Assembly (NCBI GenBank): GCA_973895155.1
Contig: OZ316898.1
Span: 2,914,480-2,978,479 of the forward strand
Length of the DNA: 64,000 nt
Direction of reading: 5' to 3'
Origin: Marsupella aquatica
Lineage: Eukaryota > Plantae > Marchantiophyta
Numbering within the stretch: position 1 is the stretch's first letter; each line of letters opens with the position of its first letter. The notes under the pieces are model-generated. The model had not been told where the DNA came from. It searched no databases and saw nothing but the letters and a program-made list of their open reading frames with translations. Positions 38,801 through 52,806 of this stretch are shown one piece after another. Both the position numbers and the translations under genes were made by a program.

Positions 38801-40879
38801 AGTGACTTGGAATGCCTTTGGCCCATTGTTGTCTGTTTTAAACTAACGAGAAAGTGAGATAACAGTGATCCTGTCATTCCTTCCACTCGAGCGTATGAGT
38901 ATGAGTCAATGTATGAGAAGCAATCAAGACAGAGAAAAGCCTGCAGCAAGACAAGGGAGAAAACTACGGAGTACTGTTTTCCTGAATTAATCAGAGGGAG
39001 CCCCTTAAGAAATTGGATACAGCTACAAACCAAGCGATTCTCATGGGTATTTTGACAATGGGGTAAAGAGATCACAACATGACGTAGCTTTATCTGTAGT
39101 GTCATCAGTTTGTTGTATCCACATGAATTTAAAGTAATTCAATTTTTATAAAAATAAATAATCAAGATTCACAGAAAATTTGGCAATAAAATAGTGTAAT
39201 TGGAAGAGAGGTTGATGCTCACATGGGCTACAAATGTTTGACTTGACAACTTTTACAGACTAAGCGCTTTTTGAAGGCAGCATTTATAAGCAGGAATCTG
39301 AATAAAAATAATGTTTTAGTGCAGTCCATGGTAGTTGTGGCAATCTATGCAAGCATCTTGTCAACCAGTGTGATCTACGAAACTTCAATTTCATTGGAAG
39401 AACTTTTATCAATCTTTGTATGGAAAATTATTGATTCTCTTCTATGACATCAATGACTACAGTGCCTCATCTGATGTCAAAGCGAACTATTCACTAGCAA
39501 AGATCACTTAACCTCCCTCTTATTAAACCACCACTAGTACTACAACTCTACAAGGGGAAGACCCGGAAGAGTCCACACCTTCCCTTTCTGTAACATTTCC
39601 TCCAAAGTGCCGATATGCTCTACAATTTCATGGAAAAGAACTTAATTATAGGGAAACCTGGTATTACAAGGTTTCACTAGGGAGAGTGGTGGTTTAACCC
39701 AAACTGCCACCTAATGGATCGAGATACTTCTCTTGCTTATTTTTCTCCACACTATTTGATCTGGCCTGGTTTTAAAATTGCCAAACTTAGTGCCAATTGT
39801 ACCAAACCACAGTATTTAGCTGCTCATACTAGTTTCTAAACCAGACTATAAATCCTACTCTGCAACTTGTAGAACTGCAAAGGATAGTATATAAATGGAT
39901 GGATGAAGAAAAAGGAATGAATAAGTGACGGAGCTGAGCTTGCAAAGAACCAAGCAAACCCCCAAAAACAATCATCCTAGCTAGAAACAAAGAATCTCTA
40001 GAATGACTTCATAATTCTTGGGAATGCTAGATTTGGGATCTAGATGAAAGTTCCTTTTCCAACATTCTCTATGTCCTGTCTAGGAGGAATTTTCGTCCTC
40101 ATTTTGTCTCAAAGCCTTCATGAAATAGATTTGTTTTGCGCTGTGAAAGTCAAACCCCATCCCTGTTGGACTACCGTTTGGTATAGCCTGCTTTTGTCCT
40201 ATCCGCTTGTTCTGACTTTAAGTTTAATTTACTACCATTGTGCTGAAACAAAGAGGTAGAGGAAAGGGAGCCAAAAGTTCAAATGTCAAAAGCTGAGTGA
40301 GACTTGTCTGCCTACAGGCATTCACACCAGTTTTCAGGTCCATGCCCTAAAACCCCAAAATGGCCACTTGCAAGCTGCCATCAGACGTGCTGCCGAACAA
40401 GAAGAACCGACTTACTCATCAGCTGTATTTGCACCTCAAGGCATGATAACAGCAGAACGGCTTGGAAGGGCTAGCAAAGGAACCACGCCCTGAGTTTTCA
40501 TTTTGCCACCTGGTGCAAGAGATGCCAGTCTGTTTTGGCGGATAACATTCAATTCATGGCCCCAATTGCCTAGTATTGGCGGTTGGGAAAACTATTGCAA
40601 AATTTTTTCACAATACCATGTGCCAGTGTAAAGTCATCATTTCCCTGACTGACAATATTGCAGTCCTTTCAGAGGTATTTGCTGAATGGGACTCCAAAAT
40701 GAAAAGTGTTATTTAATTGGACCCTTGAGGCTTTTTCTGAATGTTGATTCAAGGCCTATGAATGGTCTGGATCACTCAAGGACCCTATCATGTAACACTT
40801 TTCATTTTGGGAATCCCATCAAGAAAATATCTCATCCTTTCAAGGGTGCGAGCTAGATAATGTCTGTCAGGGAAGATGG

Positions 40880-41165
40880 TCTAACTCAGGTGACCCAGGG
40901 ATGGGCTCTAGGATTGAAAGGTCCCATGGTCTAGAGTGGGGTGTGTAATAGGGTGTATAGTGGGGTGGGTGTGATGAATTCTCAGGCTGGGTTGATTTAT
41001 GATCACAGTTCCTGCTTGAATCCCTGCATTCTCCCATGGGTTGGGCTGAGTATAGCATGGCTACATCTGATCCTTCTCCTGTGGGTTGTCTCCTCACTCC
41101 TGGCAACTTTGCAAAGGCTGGGAAGCAACCACCAATGAGGGAAAAGGGGGACTGATTTTTCTTAA
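40880..41165 (+). mobile_element. Possible highly diverged third SINE-like copy
   Basis: TAACTCAGGTGA (A-box-like), GAAAGGTCCCATGGTC, a GT-rich tract and CTGCTTGAATCCCTG echo the order of motifs in copy 1. There is no clear B box. Confidence 0.3.
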
Positions 41166-43399
41166 AGTGAATGTTAAGGAGTTGACGTTTGGATAGGACA
41201 AAAATGTTTGGATCAAGCAATTTTTGATACCCTACAAGGAGAGCATTCGTGATAGTAATTGGGAACCTGGGTTCACCCGCTAGCCCGGGTGCTGCCACTA
41301 GTCTTTACACTACTCTCTTCAAATCACTAAGAACTTGTCCTTAAGTTGACGAGCCAATACCAAGGATCTATCCCAACACCTTTATTCTCACGTTGAATTG
41401 TCTCTAAGCACAGTTCCACAAAAAAATGTGTTTTCTAATGAAATTTATTCGAACATTCTGTTGCACAATAACAATGCTTTCATATTTCATCAAAACTTAT
41501 ATATTTGTTTCTATAGATTCTTTGTATGGGCATAGCTGGGATCCGGGCTCCCGCCATGTGATTCATTTATAACACCATGTGAGTAAATAGGACGTTTCAG
41601 AACAGTCCACGCAAGGTGCAACCATACATTTGAGCATTTTGTTAGAATTTATGGTGGACGAGAACTTCAATTCCAATTTACTCGCAAGTTTTGAAGAAGT
41701 CTTCTTTACTGTATAGAGAGAGAATCATCAGCACAGCCACAATTAATGGAGCGCAATTTCGTATCTCCTTCTCCACGGAATGATTCAATTACTCCTATTT
41801 CAGGTGCAAAGATGATTCAAAAAATGACAGTCAGCTCAGCTCAGCTCTGCTCTGCCCTGCTGGATTCTTTCCCGTCATCCCGTGTCTTTCTAGTCCCTCC
41901 GCCTTCCACGTGGGCACTACTTAACCCTCCAGTCCAAGGACGGTCTGCACTGTACGCTGCGTCCTAGGCTCGCCCGCCAGTCCGCCCGCCCGCCAGCAGT
42001 GACCGATCCGACCACTCCGGCTCGGCCATCCGTCCGGCCCGAGCCTGCAGGTTTGGCCGGTACGTTGGCGCAGGGATCGACGGTGGTGGGGTCGAATCCG
42101 CTAGGGAGCGTGGGGTAGGCCCGGGCCGGGCCGTAGGTGAAGGCCGAGGACGAAGGGCGCTAGGCTAGGTGTAGGGTAGGGTACAGGAGGTACATACATA
42201 CGGATACTCAAGTGGTCGTGAAGGCAGAAGGCGACTGAGCTGTACGCAAGCTGGCGAGGTGGAATATTATTATAGGGGGGCGAGGTTGCACGAGTCGCGG
42301 CCAGAGAGAAACTTCATCGGACCCGACCATGCTCCCTGTCCGCCGGGTCCTCCCTACGCCTAGGGGCAAGCGCAATTAAACCGTGGTGAAATTTAAGCTC
42401 AGGGGGATATACCCTGAGAATCTATTTCTGAGCCATCGATTTCAAAAGAACGGACGGTTCACCGTTATTGAAAGGGATTTGGGGAAGTGCGGACCGTGCT
42501 GCATCTTGGGCGGGTCCTCTGGTGGAAATCAAACGTCCCAAGGTTCGAGTCGCGGTACAGCTTCAAAGAAATTACTCGAAGGATCTGCGTCTGAACCGTG
42601 GATGCACAGAATGGACGGTCGAGTGGTCTCGAAAGGAAATAACAGCGTGGAGTAGGTTCATTTTACAATTACTAGAGCATTATTTTATTTAAGGACGTAT
42701 GTTTTTGGCCATCGATGTTTGGAATGGAGGGTTGAGATGTTGACTGGAATGGGAACCGGGGCTGAAATTCGACGACTGCGTTTTCTGAATCGCGAAGTGC
42801 TGCAATATCCTGCGGTCCGTCCCGAGATTCTGCTTCCCACGGAATGGAAGGACTGTAGACGGTAGACCTTAATATCCTGCGGTCCCTGCTAGAAAACGGG
42901 GGGTGCAAGATACGGTCTACAAAGCCCTAGAATCTTCAGTCTCGTCCTCGTCCTCGTCCCTCGCGCACTACTCGTCGTCCCTTGACTCGAGGTGACCTCG
43001 TCTGCATGCGGTGGTGCTGGGCCCGGCCGCCATAGCCAGGCCAAGGAAGCGGGAGGGAGGAAGCTTTTCTACATCATATTGCTTCCGTCACACTTCGCTC
43101 CGTCGTTTCCATTGCTGCCATGCTTCCTCGCTCGCTGTGATGAGTTGATTGATTCAGTTCCTTAATCCTCATTACCCTTTCTCTTCATGCGGCAGGCAGG
43201 CAGGGAGGCAGGCAGGCATTCCACTCGCTCTTTCATCACTTGCTCGCTTTTCCCTCTCCTCGCTTTGTGAGGGCAGCCAGCAACGCAACTGAATTTTTTG
43301 CGGAACTGCCGAGCTGAAGGAAAGCGCCCACGGAGCCTACATACGTGGGACCGACGACGGGAGTAAGGCTAGTAGGAGACTGGAGGGAGGCTAGTAGGA

Positions 43400-45941
43400 G
43401 GAGACCCTGAGTACATAGAGCCGGAGAAAAGAACTGAACCGCTGCTGCTGCTGTTGCTACTGATAAAGTGAGTGACGTAGCTTGTGGTGGATTCGGGGCT
43501 GAGTAGAGGACGAAGGAAAAAGGACGAAGAAAGAGGGAAGAGGGAGACGATGCCAGTTCGGGCACCTTAGATGGCGCGGGGAATGTGAAGAAGGTTGGAG
43601 GAAGAGGAGCAACGGAATAACGAAACAACTTATTATTGTATTTGACGGGCGGGCTCACAGGATGATTTGATTGTAGACCAGCTACAAGATATGATGATGT
43701 TGATGATGACAAGAAGAGCGAGCCGATTGGGAATGAACAAGATGGGAAGCGTCAAAGAAGAGCAAGAGGAATAGTGATAATGCCGCATATTTGACAGAGG
43801 ATTGCAGTGGAAAATCCTTCGGGGCTCTCTAGGAACTCGGTTACTGAACGACGCGTGGCTGGAGAGTCGCTTCCTTGGTACAGTGGTCGCACGACGTAGG
43901 TTTGCCTGCACTGTCTTGCTCCTTTATATTCCCTATTTTGCGCGATCCCGGTAGCTTCTTTCCGCGTCTCTCCTTTTCTCACGAGTTTTGTTCCCTACCT
44001 TCCTACAAGTACCCTCTTCTTGCGGTCGAAGGTTTTGTAAACCTATTCCACGAAAAAATTCCCTCGCTGGCTGACCGTCGACCAAAATTATATCCCGACA
44101 ATATCCCGTCGCTGAGCGGACACTGTGATACTGAACGCAGCTGAGACTGCTTTGCGCTGTAGGAATTTTCTTGTACGGCGAGAAAAGTGGATCTGAATGT
44201 ATGTCGATTCTTTGCAGTGGCGGGTGCCTGAGCCGGCTCTGTTTTCGATCGCTGCGAGCCCGGGACAGGTGAGACGTAGTGGCTAGGCTTCTCGTATTTT
44301 TGTTCCTCGACTTGGAGCTGGCATGCCCCGCAGTCGAGACTAGCCGACCTCACAACCATGTAGCTTTCAAGGCAATTCTATGATGGACATAACTGTCCGG
44401 AATTTGATTCGATCATGTGCGAAGTGCTGGCTGCGATAATCTGCACCATCTTGGCAGTCTGGCCTGTGAAGAGGAGATGGACACAGTGGACTCGGCAACT
44501 AACCCCTTGAGTAACTGAATCGAACCGTCTCTCGGTCATGAACTTTTCTTGAAACGATTCATTTACCAGTCGTCTATTTCTTCAGTCGTTGGCAGGCGAC
44601 CAGTATTTTCTCTACCTGTACTCGACGCCATTGAAGCACCATTGGATTGTTTTCGCCAACGTGGCTATACTTCGAAGCTGAATCGTGCCGCCTGGAATTA
44701 AAAGCACCTCCATCATCTGCTGCCATTTTGCATGCGGCACTTCTCTCCCACTCAAGAATCGCTGGTTGGTTCAGCTGTGCCTCAGCTCCGTGTTGCATCG
44801 AAGGGTGATCGACGCTTTGCGCCATCTTCCCGCATTGTAAATTGGTCGAGACTCCAGGGGCCCAACTCGAAATGGCCTCAGGTTCTCTTGAAGACGATTT
44901 AGATTTTTGAGGTTTCTATGCTAGAGTTTGTCTAGGAGTTGTCATTCCATGTGGTAGGCGTTATTCTTGGGGTCATTTTCGGAAGCCGTGACATTACTGG
45001 GGATCGTCCTTTGAAATTACATGGACCGGTACAGATTGAGGACAGCGATCCTGAGTGCCTCGGAAACTGCTGTGTCTGACCTTGATGTCTCACTGTGCAG
45101 GACCAACAGTCTTGTTGAGAAGTCGAAGACTAGATCCAAAGGAGACTAACGAACGGAAGAAACGGTGAAGAATCTTAAGACAAGGTAACTCACTTTCTCA
45201 GTCGCCCTGATTCTCTCCAGGTCGATGAGTGAAATATGTTTTTCCCATTTTATAGTCGCGGTGCTTCGTATTAGAACCGAGGTTCTTTTCTGCGACTCTT
45301 TGTGGGTAGTTTTGTAGACAGAAAACCAGCAGGAGGCCTGCCTTTTCACGAGGTGTGAAAACCCGTTGCTTCGAGTCGAACTATGCGTATACTCTCTTTG
45401 TGGGAATAGCCCGATGCAACGGAAGTGACGTCCAAGATTCTATACGCGCAGTCAATTGCGATAGGTGGTTCACAGAGCTGTCCTGTCTCCTCATTCTAGA
45501 CTCTTGAGCTCCGAGAAGTTGCCAACGACGTTGCTTCTAGATACCAAGGTGATATGGACGCCACGCGTTTGTCTCGCACTGCGGGTTCTGCCTGCCTTCT
45601 ATTGTGTAGCCTTTCTTTTTCCTTAGTGACGGTTTCGTCGCTGAAATACGACAGATTGCTGATTGCTCGATCACAAATGCGCAACCACATGGCCCGCACT
45701 CAACGTTGAACCTTTCTATTTGCATGTCTGCTATTGACCATCTCAGTGGCTTCGAATGATGGTTCTGGATGAAACATGCTGCTGGCCTTGCTGGCCAGTC
45801 CGTAACAAAGAGCCGACAATCCTCTGACGTCGTAATCTGTTGGGACCTGTCGTTGCAGGATATATTTGGAGAGCTTGACTTCTGTTATCGACCGAATTTT
45901 GACCTTGATTAAGGTGTCCGATTGGCACAATTTTTACACAC
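43400..45941 (+). promoter_or_regulatory. Putative long spliced 5' leader of the bZIP gene with uORFs
   Basis: Strong donor CAG|GTGAGA (44269); CTGAC branch point with TGCAG acceptor (45100); donor AAG|GTAACT (45185); CTGAC with TTGCAG acceptor (45858). An ATG-rich uORF lies at ~43691-43774. The transcription start is not determinable. Confidence 0.5.
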
Positions 45942-48014
45942 ATGGGCAGTCAGCCGAAAGATGGACGGGCCGTCAATTGGTCCTTTCCAATGAATCCCAC
46001 GCATCTGCCTCCCAAGAGTCCTACCTTTCCTGGATTCGGTAGCCTGTTTGAGTCATCCTCACTGCCTTTTCCAGGGCGATCAAGCTACCCTAGCCGGGGT
46101 GGCCCTGGGCACAAGCGTACGCCCTCCACGGGTTTTCTTCCTCAAGTTCAGCCCTCATGGCTGGATGATGTTATAGATCCTCAGGATTTGCCAGTGAAGA
46201 GGGGTGGTCATAGGCGTTCTTCGAGCGACTCGGTCGCTTTTCTGGATTCGCCCCGAAGCTATTCTTTGAAAGATGATCACATTGCTGAAGAGGACGAGTT
46301 CGATGCGAGAAGTACCGTCTCGATACCATCGGGTCGTGGTTCCCTGGATTTCGATCGATTGGATGAGGAGCAGCTCATGTCCATGTTCACCGATATCGAA
46401 CCATTTCAACAAGGTCACAGACTACCTAACCACGGCGAGAGGTCTCGGGCCCAGTCCGTTAGTAACGCTGTCCCAAGCTCCGCAGCGGCAGATAGCTGGA
46501 CATCGGAAAGGAGGACAACGAATGCATCAACTCCAGAAAATAACCCTTCAACGCCTTCCGACAGCAACAGCCTTAGTGAAGTGTCGAACGAGGGAGACAA
46601 AGGCACGGGGAAGATTAAGAGTGAACCAGAGGTGCAGAGCATGGCGGAAGGGGAGGATCATGACCAATCTTTGAGTAAAGGCGACTTACAAGGCACTTTG
46701 TCATCTCAGCTTGACCCTAATTTGGATCCCAAGCGTGCGAAGCGGTAATATTCTTAAGGCCATGGCCGGGCCTTGTGTTACACTAGGTTAGGCTTTCGAC
46801 TTCTAAGCTGTTGGGAGCTTAGATCGTCCTTTCATTAAATAGACTATGGAAACGTCAGATGCCTATGCATTCACTCTTCAACACAGTCCAGCCGGATTTG
46901 GTAGGAGGATTTCTTAGCCAAACAAGGGCCCCGTTTCTGTTGTAACGCTTTGTGTTTTTCAGAATTCTTGCGAATCGGCAGTCTGCTCAGCGGTCTCGCG
47001 TTCGGAAGTTGCAGTACATCTCAGAGCTCGAGAGGAATGTCAGTGCATTGCAGGTGATACACTTACCGCCTTTCGCTTTCGTGCTTGTCTCTCCTTGGAG
47101 ACGTTCACTATCACCTCGCTCTTCTAGACATGGGGGCAATTCAAAATTATATGAGCAAGAGGAGCCTTCAGTAAATTTGATCCGCCATTTTTTGGTCATT
47201 GCTGTGCTGCAGACGGAAGTCTCAACTCTCTCTCCTCAAGTGGCTTATCTTGATCATCAGCGAGTGATTCTGAACGTGGACAACAATACGCTGAAGCAAA
47301 AGATTGCAGCACTAGCACAAGACAAGCGTTTCAAAGACGGTGAGAAATAATATGCTTATTCTTTTCTTTTAACGTGGGGATGTCCTGGCCCACCCAACTT
47401 GCTGGTAATAAAACATGGCAGAGTCCTGCATCTAACAGCAGATGTCCTCTCTGGACAGAAACGTTGGGGCACGGGCGTAAATCGTGGAATTTTTGAATCT
47501 TGAATTGTTGTCACTGGCGTTTTGTTGAGGCAATCCTATCCCACATTGGGAGCATACGACGCCTGATTAATGTTTAATCAATGGATCTCGTGCAGCTCAC
47601 AATGAAGCTCTGAAGAAAGAAGTTCAAAGGTTGAGGCAACATTTACAGCAGCAACAACAGCAGCAGCACCACCAAATGCAGCAGCAGCAGTTGCAGCAAC
47701 AGTTGCAGCAGCAGCAACAACAGCAGCACCAGCAGCAGCTTCAGTCCGCTACTCCTACGGCGTATGAAGTACAGCAACAACAATTTAGTAAACTGGACAT
47801 TAGCTCTGCTGAGTCCAAGCATGTGGCCACCAGTGCAGTGACTGCTGCATCTGGGGCAATTTCTGCTCATCGTGGGAATGGGAGGCCAATGGTACTGAAA
47901 GGCTCACTTGGGTCTTCAAGTTGCATGGCTCCAGGAATCAACAAGGGAATGGACGGAAGGTTAATGAATGGAAGCGGACCCTTACAATCAGATTTTATGG
48001 TGCACAACCCTTGA
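45942..48014 (+). CDS. bZIP transcription factor (group E, bZIP34/61-like) with polyglutamine tract; exons 45942-46744, 46963-47053, 47213-47339, 47596-48014
   Basis: LPPKSP, QPSWLDD, HRRSSSDSVAFLD, FDRLDEEQLMSMF; basic region DPKRAKR/ILANRQSAQRSRVRKLQYISELER; zipper EVSTLSPQVAYLDHQRVILNVDNNTLKQKIAALAQDKRFKD/AHNEALKKEVQRLRQ. Confidence 0.93.
47646..47745 (+). repeat. CAG/CAA polyglutamine-coding repeat
   Basis: QQQQQQQHHQMQQQQLQQQLQQQQQQQHQQQLQ in the bZIP last exon. Confidence 0.9.
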
Positions 48015-51000
48015 TAATGTCAAAAACTGGTACCCGTTGAGAGGCCAGGTGCAGTATCATTTTTAGGACTCGGAAGAATTAAGGATGAACCAGGGCATTC
48101 TTCCCCCTCATGACAATGATGGGATTTCTAGAAAGCTGCTCACTAGAACACAGTTTGACAGCCCTTCTTTCAGTCTCCCAGAGTCGCACTTTGAAGGTGT
48201 GTTACAAATTGGCCAAGAGTGTTTTGTGATTTGGTCATGTGCCAAGGACATAGCTTAGGCAAACCTTAAAGAGCAATCCTTCAGGATCAGTGCTAATACT
48301 GTATAAAGGCAGAGAATGTGCCTAGTTTGCGGAATCGGACACCTCTCAACAGCTGCGGAACCTAGAAATGTTGAGAACCGGGAAAGAGCTCGTAGGTAGG
48401 AGTGCCACATTTAGCAGGGGAGGCCTGGGACAGTGTGTAGCGTAGTTGTAGAACCTTTTCGCAATCAAATGAAGTGGTACAGAGAGTCATTGTTGGTTAG
48501 TTCGGGGTCCCGACATTCATTGTGCCCTGCTTACTCCGCTGTGTACAAAACATTTAACCCTTCTGTTCTCTTACAACCTGGGGTCATGAGCTGTTCAGCG
48601 GTTTGATTTATAGGATCAGTGTATATCCACACCACCCAAGCCATTTTTTGCAGGTAGCTACTCATGACGGTTTCTGTCCCTCAAAGCTATCGAGAGACTG
48701 TTCTGTCCGAAGCCTACCTTGATCTACCTTTGTTCCAACCCTAGTGCAGATTGCTTCTCAACCGCATGTCTCCCATTTTACTCCACGGGCTTTCTCAGGC
48801 TTCATTCTGGCCTCACTCCAACTCGGCAGTCTGGCCCCGAATGTGTATACATTGGTGTACAACAGCATAGGAAAGCCAGTGGAGGGAAGCCCTATTTAGT
48901 GTTCGACTAGTCTAGTGTTCTCTACAAATTTTGAGGATCATGTTGGACTATGTATCAGGCAAAACTGTCGGGATCAAATTAAAGTGTACATCGTCATTTC
49001 ATTGACGTTATCGGGGCATACGATGCTTGTGCTGTGTTTCACTGTGTTTCACTGTGTTGCCTACTTGCATGCAACTCTTGTATACGAGATCTGGAGATGA
49101 TCGAAATCAAAGCTTCTGTCTGCTTCACTTTCACAACGTCGGTCTCCGTTCCTTCTTCTTCTATGCAAGGGACAGTAGACATCTTTGCTGCCTTTCACTC
49201 TCAGCTACAGTGCGTTCTATCTTTGTGTCGTTCTATCTTTGTTTCTCATCAAAGACCAAGTTCCAGTTGCTTGAGCGTTCCCCACTCCCACTTGAAGTCC
49301 AGACTAAATTGGGTTCATTGGACCCAGAAGCCCAATTGGTCATACCAGTCTTTACGGCTAGGGGGAGCACCTTCTGTATAAATTGCTTTGACTTGGTTTT
49401 TCATCATCTAGTTGAGTTAGATCTACGTGTGAATCGAGGTGAACTGTATCTTACTGTAAATCAAGTTTGTCTGAAATAGATGGATCAGCGTCCCGTCTGC
49501 GCTGAATAGTTGAATCTGTGTTGACAGTTGAATCTCTTTATCGAGTAGCAGGCTACCGTGCAGCTTAGGCATTTCAACTGACAACAACATTCGCAGACGG
49601 GGAATCGTTCAGAAGATAATGTTAACGGACGGGCTTTTCAGTTATTCTTGTTGTAGCTATATAAGACTCTGGGACCTAAATGAAGTGGACGTCGAGCATA
49701 TATTTTTCAAAGTTCCCTTTGCGGCAAAAGGTTCTCGGTCTGGTGCTAATCTTTGAAGTTGGTCATTCTGCTGATGTTACTACTACAGTCCCCAAAGCCT
49801 CCCGAGAATCGAAAAGAAGACTTGGACTGTTTGAACAATCATGCAACAATGAGCATTTCGTAAAAGGTGCGTCATCGTCCTCAACAGAGCCTTCCGTAGA
49901 GCATTACGGTCTGGTGGGACATGATTATATATATGTCACACTGCCAAACAAGAAAGCGCCTACACAGCCATGATTACCGTGGCGCCAACACATGATTACC
50001 GTGTACATGATTACCGTCAGTCGAAACACAAGTGTATTTTCCTCCAAGACGGGAAGATCTTCCTGTAGTACAGCTGTTGGTCAATGATCACAAGTGGTAA
50101 CATTCCGCTACGTGGAGGAAAATCCGGCTCCCTACATTCTTGGAAGCTTGAACCAATCAAACCTGCATGACTCCGCGACGTGGAACAAAAGTTCCAACTG
50201 GCTACTGTCACGAACTCTAATCAATCCAATAATGAGCAAGTTTGTCCGAGTGCGTGTGTCGGAAGAGAGAGAAATGTCGGCAGCCTTTCTAGGATGCATC
50301 TGGCAGCTGTGGGCTGTGCTATGCACGATCCATCCACTCTGGACTGGTAATACAGTAAGCAGGTTGCCACCTTCGAACAAAAGCAGCTCAGCCCGGTCGT
50401 CATGTGGGGTGTGGGGACCACCGCAGCCAGATCTAAATCCGTCTTGGAAAGGTCCTTCTGTTGTTATTAGGGGTTACGGTCTGTGGCTCTGGAAGCTTGA
50501 CGTGAGTTGGGTCTGACTTCCATCCAACACACCATTGGCCCCGGCCCCAGCATTTGTGGAGGAATGTTGGGGTTTGGGACTCCCGGAATACGGCAGAAAT
50601 AGGTCTAGCAATTCTTTACCCGAATCCAACTCCTTCATTATTCAAACCCCGCCAGCCACTATCACCCAACGTCCTCATCCCACCATAGAGCAGTATATAG
50701 ATCAGAAAGCTACGCATCATACTCCATAGATCTGAAGACGGGCGGTTGTAAGTCAAGTGGGGTAGTAGTTGCAAGAGTGGGTTGAGAGCTTGATCACAGA
50801 TGGGATCCAGCTCTCCTTGTAAATTAACACTGTTTTTGTCCCCAAATTTGCGGAGGAGTGGCGGGAACTTGGTGGGTGCCGTCGTAGTAGTACTTCGAGA
50901 TTTGGCTGAGAACTTCAGGTGGAATCATGGAATCCAGCTCGTCTTCCGACCGTACTGACAAGCCTTAAAAGTCTAGCTTTCCAATTATTAGTAGAATTTT

Positions 51001-51210
51001 GCCTCTACCGTGGACAAAATCTGCACTCTCGAGTAGGAATCTCAATGCCATGTCCAGCTGTCTTACATCAGATGGCTTTCCACAAATAAATCTCGTCGAA
51101 GTATTGGACATCTGCTCGGCACCAAGTCAACTACTAGAAGAGCGCTTCACGACAATGGATAAGCCCGATGCCTTTCTGCAGACAAATCTCGTTGAAGTAC
51201 CTCAGCACCA

Positions 51211-51522
51211 AGTCATCTGATAGAAGAAAGCCTGGCGTCAATAAAGTTATGGATATACACCTTTGGAGTTTGGTTGTAAGTAGCGCAACACATCGACTCC
51301 TTAACGACAGTCATGTCCCGCATGCCGCCATGCCAATTGAACTCGGTCTAAATGCAACTACTGTAGTCATCTGATAGAAGAAAGCCTGGCGTCAATAAAG
51401 TTATGGATATACACCTTTGGAGTTTGGTTGTAAGTAGCGCAACACATCGACTCCTTAACGACAGTCATGTCTCGCATGCCGCCATGCCAATTGAACTCGG
51501 TCTAAATGCAACTACTGTAGTC
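51211..51522. repeat. Near-perfect 154-bp tandem duplication
   Basis: The unit starting AGTCATCTGATAGAAGAAAGCC occurs at 51211 and 51365; I see one difference (GTCCCGC vs GTCTCGC). Confidence 0.95.
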
Positions 51523-52689
51523 GACTCCTTTCATGACAATTATATATTATACCGTTCATTTGTCATTGCGGGTAACTACTCTCCCCAATCGGGTAAAATT
51601 TAGTCGACTCTTCGAAAATGGACACCGTGATTATCGTTCGCATTAGTGCAGGTCTTTAGTCATGACACAGTATTCGATTGGAGGAAGGAATTAGTAAGAC
51701 CCTTATTAGATTAACCACGAGGTTTAGGTCCGTGGTGAAACTCGCTGGGAGCGCGAAAATGGAGGAATGGGAAACAGGAAAAATGCAAAAATGTGGCAGC
51801 TTTGGAGAGTGGAGATCCTCTTCAATGACGGTCCCAGGCCGAAACCTGCTAAAAGCACGGGACTGGGTAAGACTTCGACCCTCCAACAAATACACGAGAA
51901 ACACGGCCAAACAAAGAAGACACGCTTGATTGGAAAAGAACATGCTCAGTGCTAGATGACGTGGCTCATGAGCACATGCTCGAAGAAATTAGTCAGTCAA
52001 CAGAGACGCCTCCGGCAATGTACTTGTAGCAAACAAGTAGGCCGCGGCACCTCCTGCTGTCCTTCCTCTTTTTAATCCTTGCCAAAAAAGAAAAGAAACG
52101 AGGCTCGAATCACAATACAAAGCTTCCAATCGACAGTCCGGTAGGTTAAAAATACTGCCAGACCTAAAAAGGAATAGGCTAACGAGGAAGAAAAGCGGAC
52201 ATATTCGGAATAGATCAATCAGTTGTCCAAAAACCAAAAAAGGAGAAAAGAGGATTTAGGGTTGCGTTGGAACTGAGCACAGATAAGCGGAAGTTTGCGC
52301 AACAAAAGCTAGACAAAACGTTCTCTGCCCCACATGGAGGGAATGCTCGAGACAGACAAGTTGCGGGAATGAGGACCTCTCTTCGGAATACATAAATGAA
52401 GAAACAGTAGCTCAGATATATTAGACACATCTTCTTGCCTCCATCGCGCTTCTTGACAAAACCGAGGTGGCAGTCAGCTGTTTACTCTATACATTTCATC
52501 ATTGCTAGGGTAAATGGCGGCGAGAGGATGGAATGGATCCGCACGCAGACACAAAGATTTCAAATCAGCGCCGCACTGCCGGGCAGTAGAAGAAATGCAT
52601 GCTCCTTCAGAAGTTCTTCTCGGTTCCAGATTCGTCGTCATCGCCCTCTCCATCGCGGCAAGCCGCCCTCAGACTTATCTCCCTCCGTT

Positions 52690-52806
52690 TTTCTCTCTCT
52701 TTCTCTCTCTCTCCCTCTCTCTCTCTCGGTATGCCCAATCGCTCTACATCACATTTCATCGCCTCTCGGTATGCCCAATCGCTCTACATCACATTTCATC
52801 GCCTCT
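52690..52806. repeat. (CT)n tract followed by a 41-bp tandem duplication
   Basis: CT-rich run, then CTCTCGGTATGCCCAATCGCTCTACATCACATTTCATCGC x2. Confidence 0.9.

Noticed and set aside
43236-43712. 158-aa minus-strand ORF upstream of bZIP
   Set aside because: Low-complexity antisense of a purine-rich leader; no domain and no splice support.
49968-50017. CATGATTACCGT x3, and other short duplications (~4249/4296, ~35122/35150)
   Set aside because: Ordinary short slippage duplications with no evidence of function.
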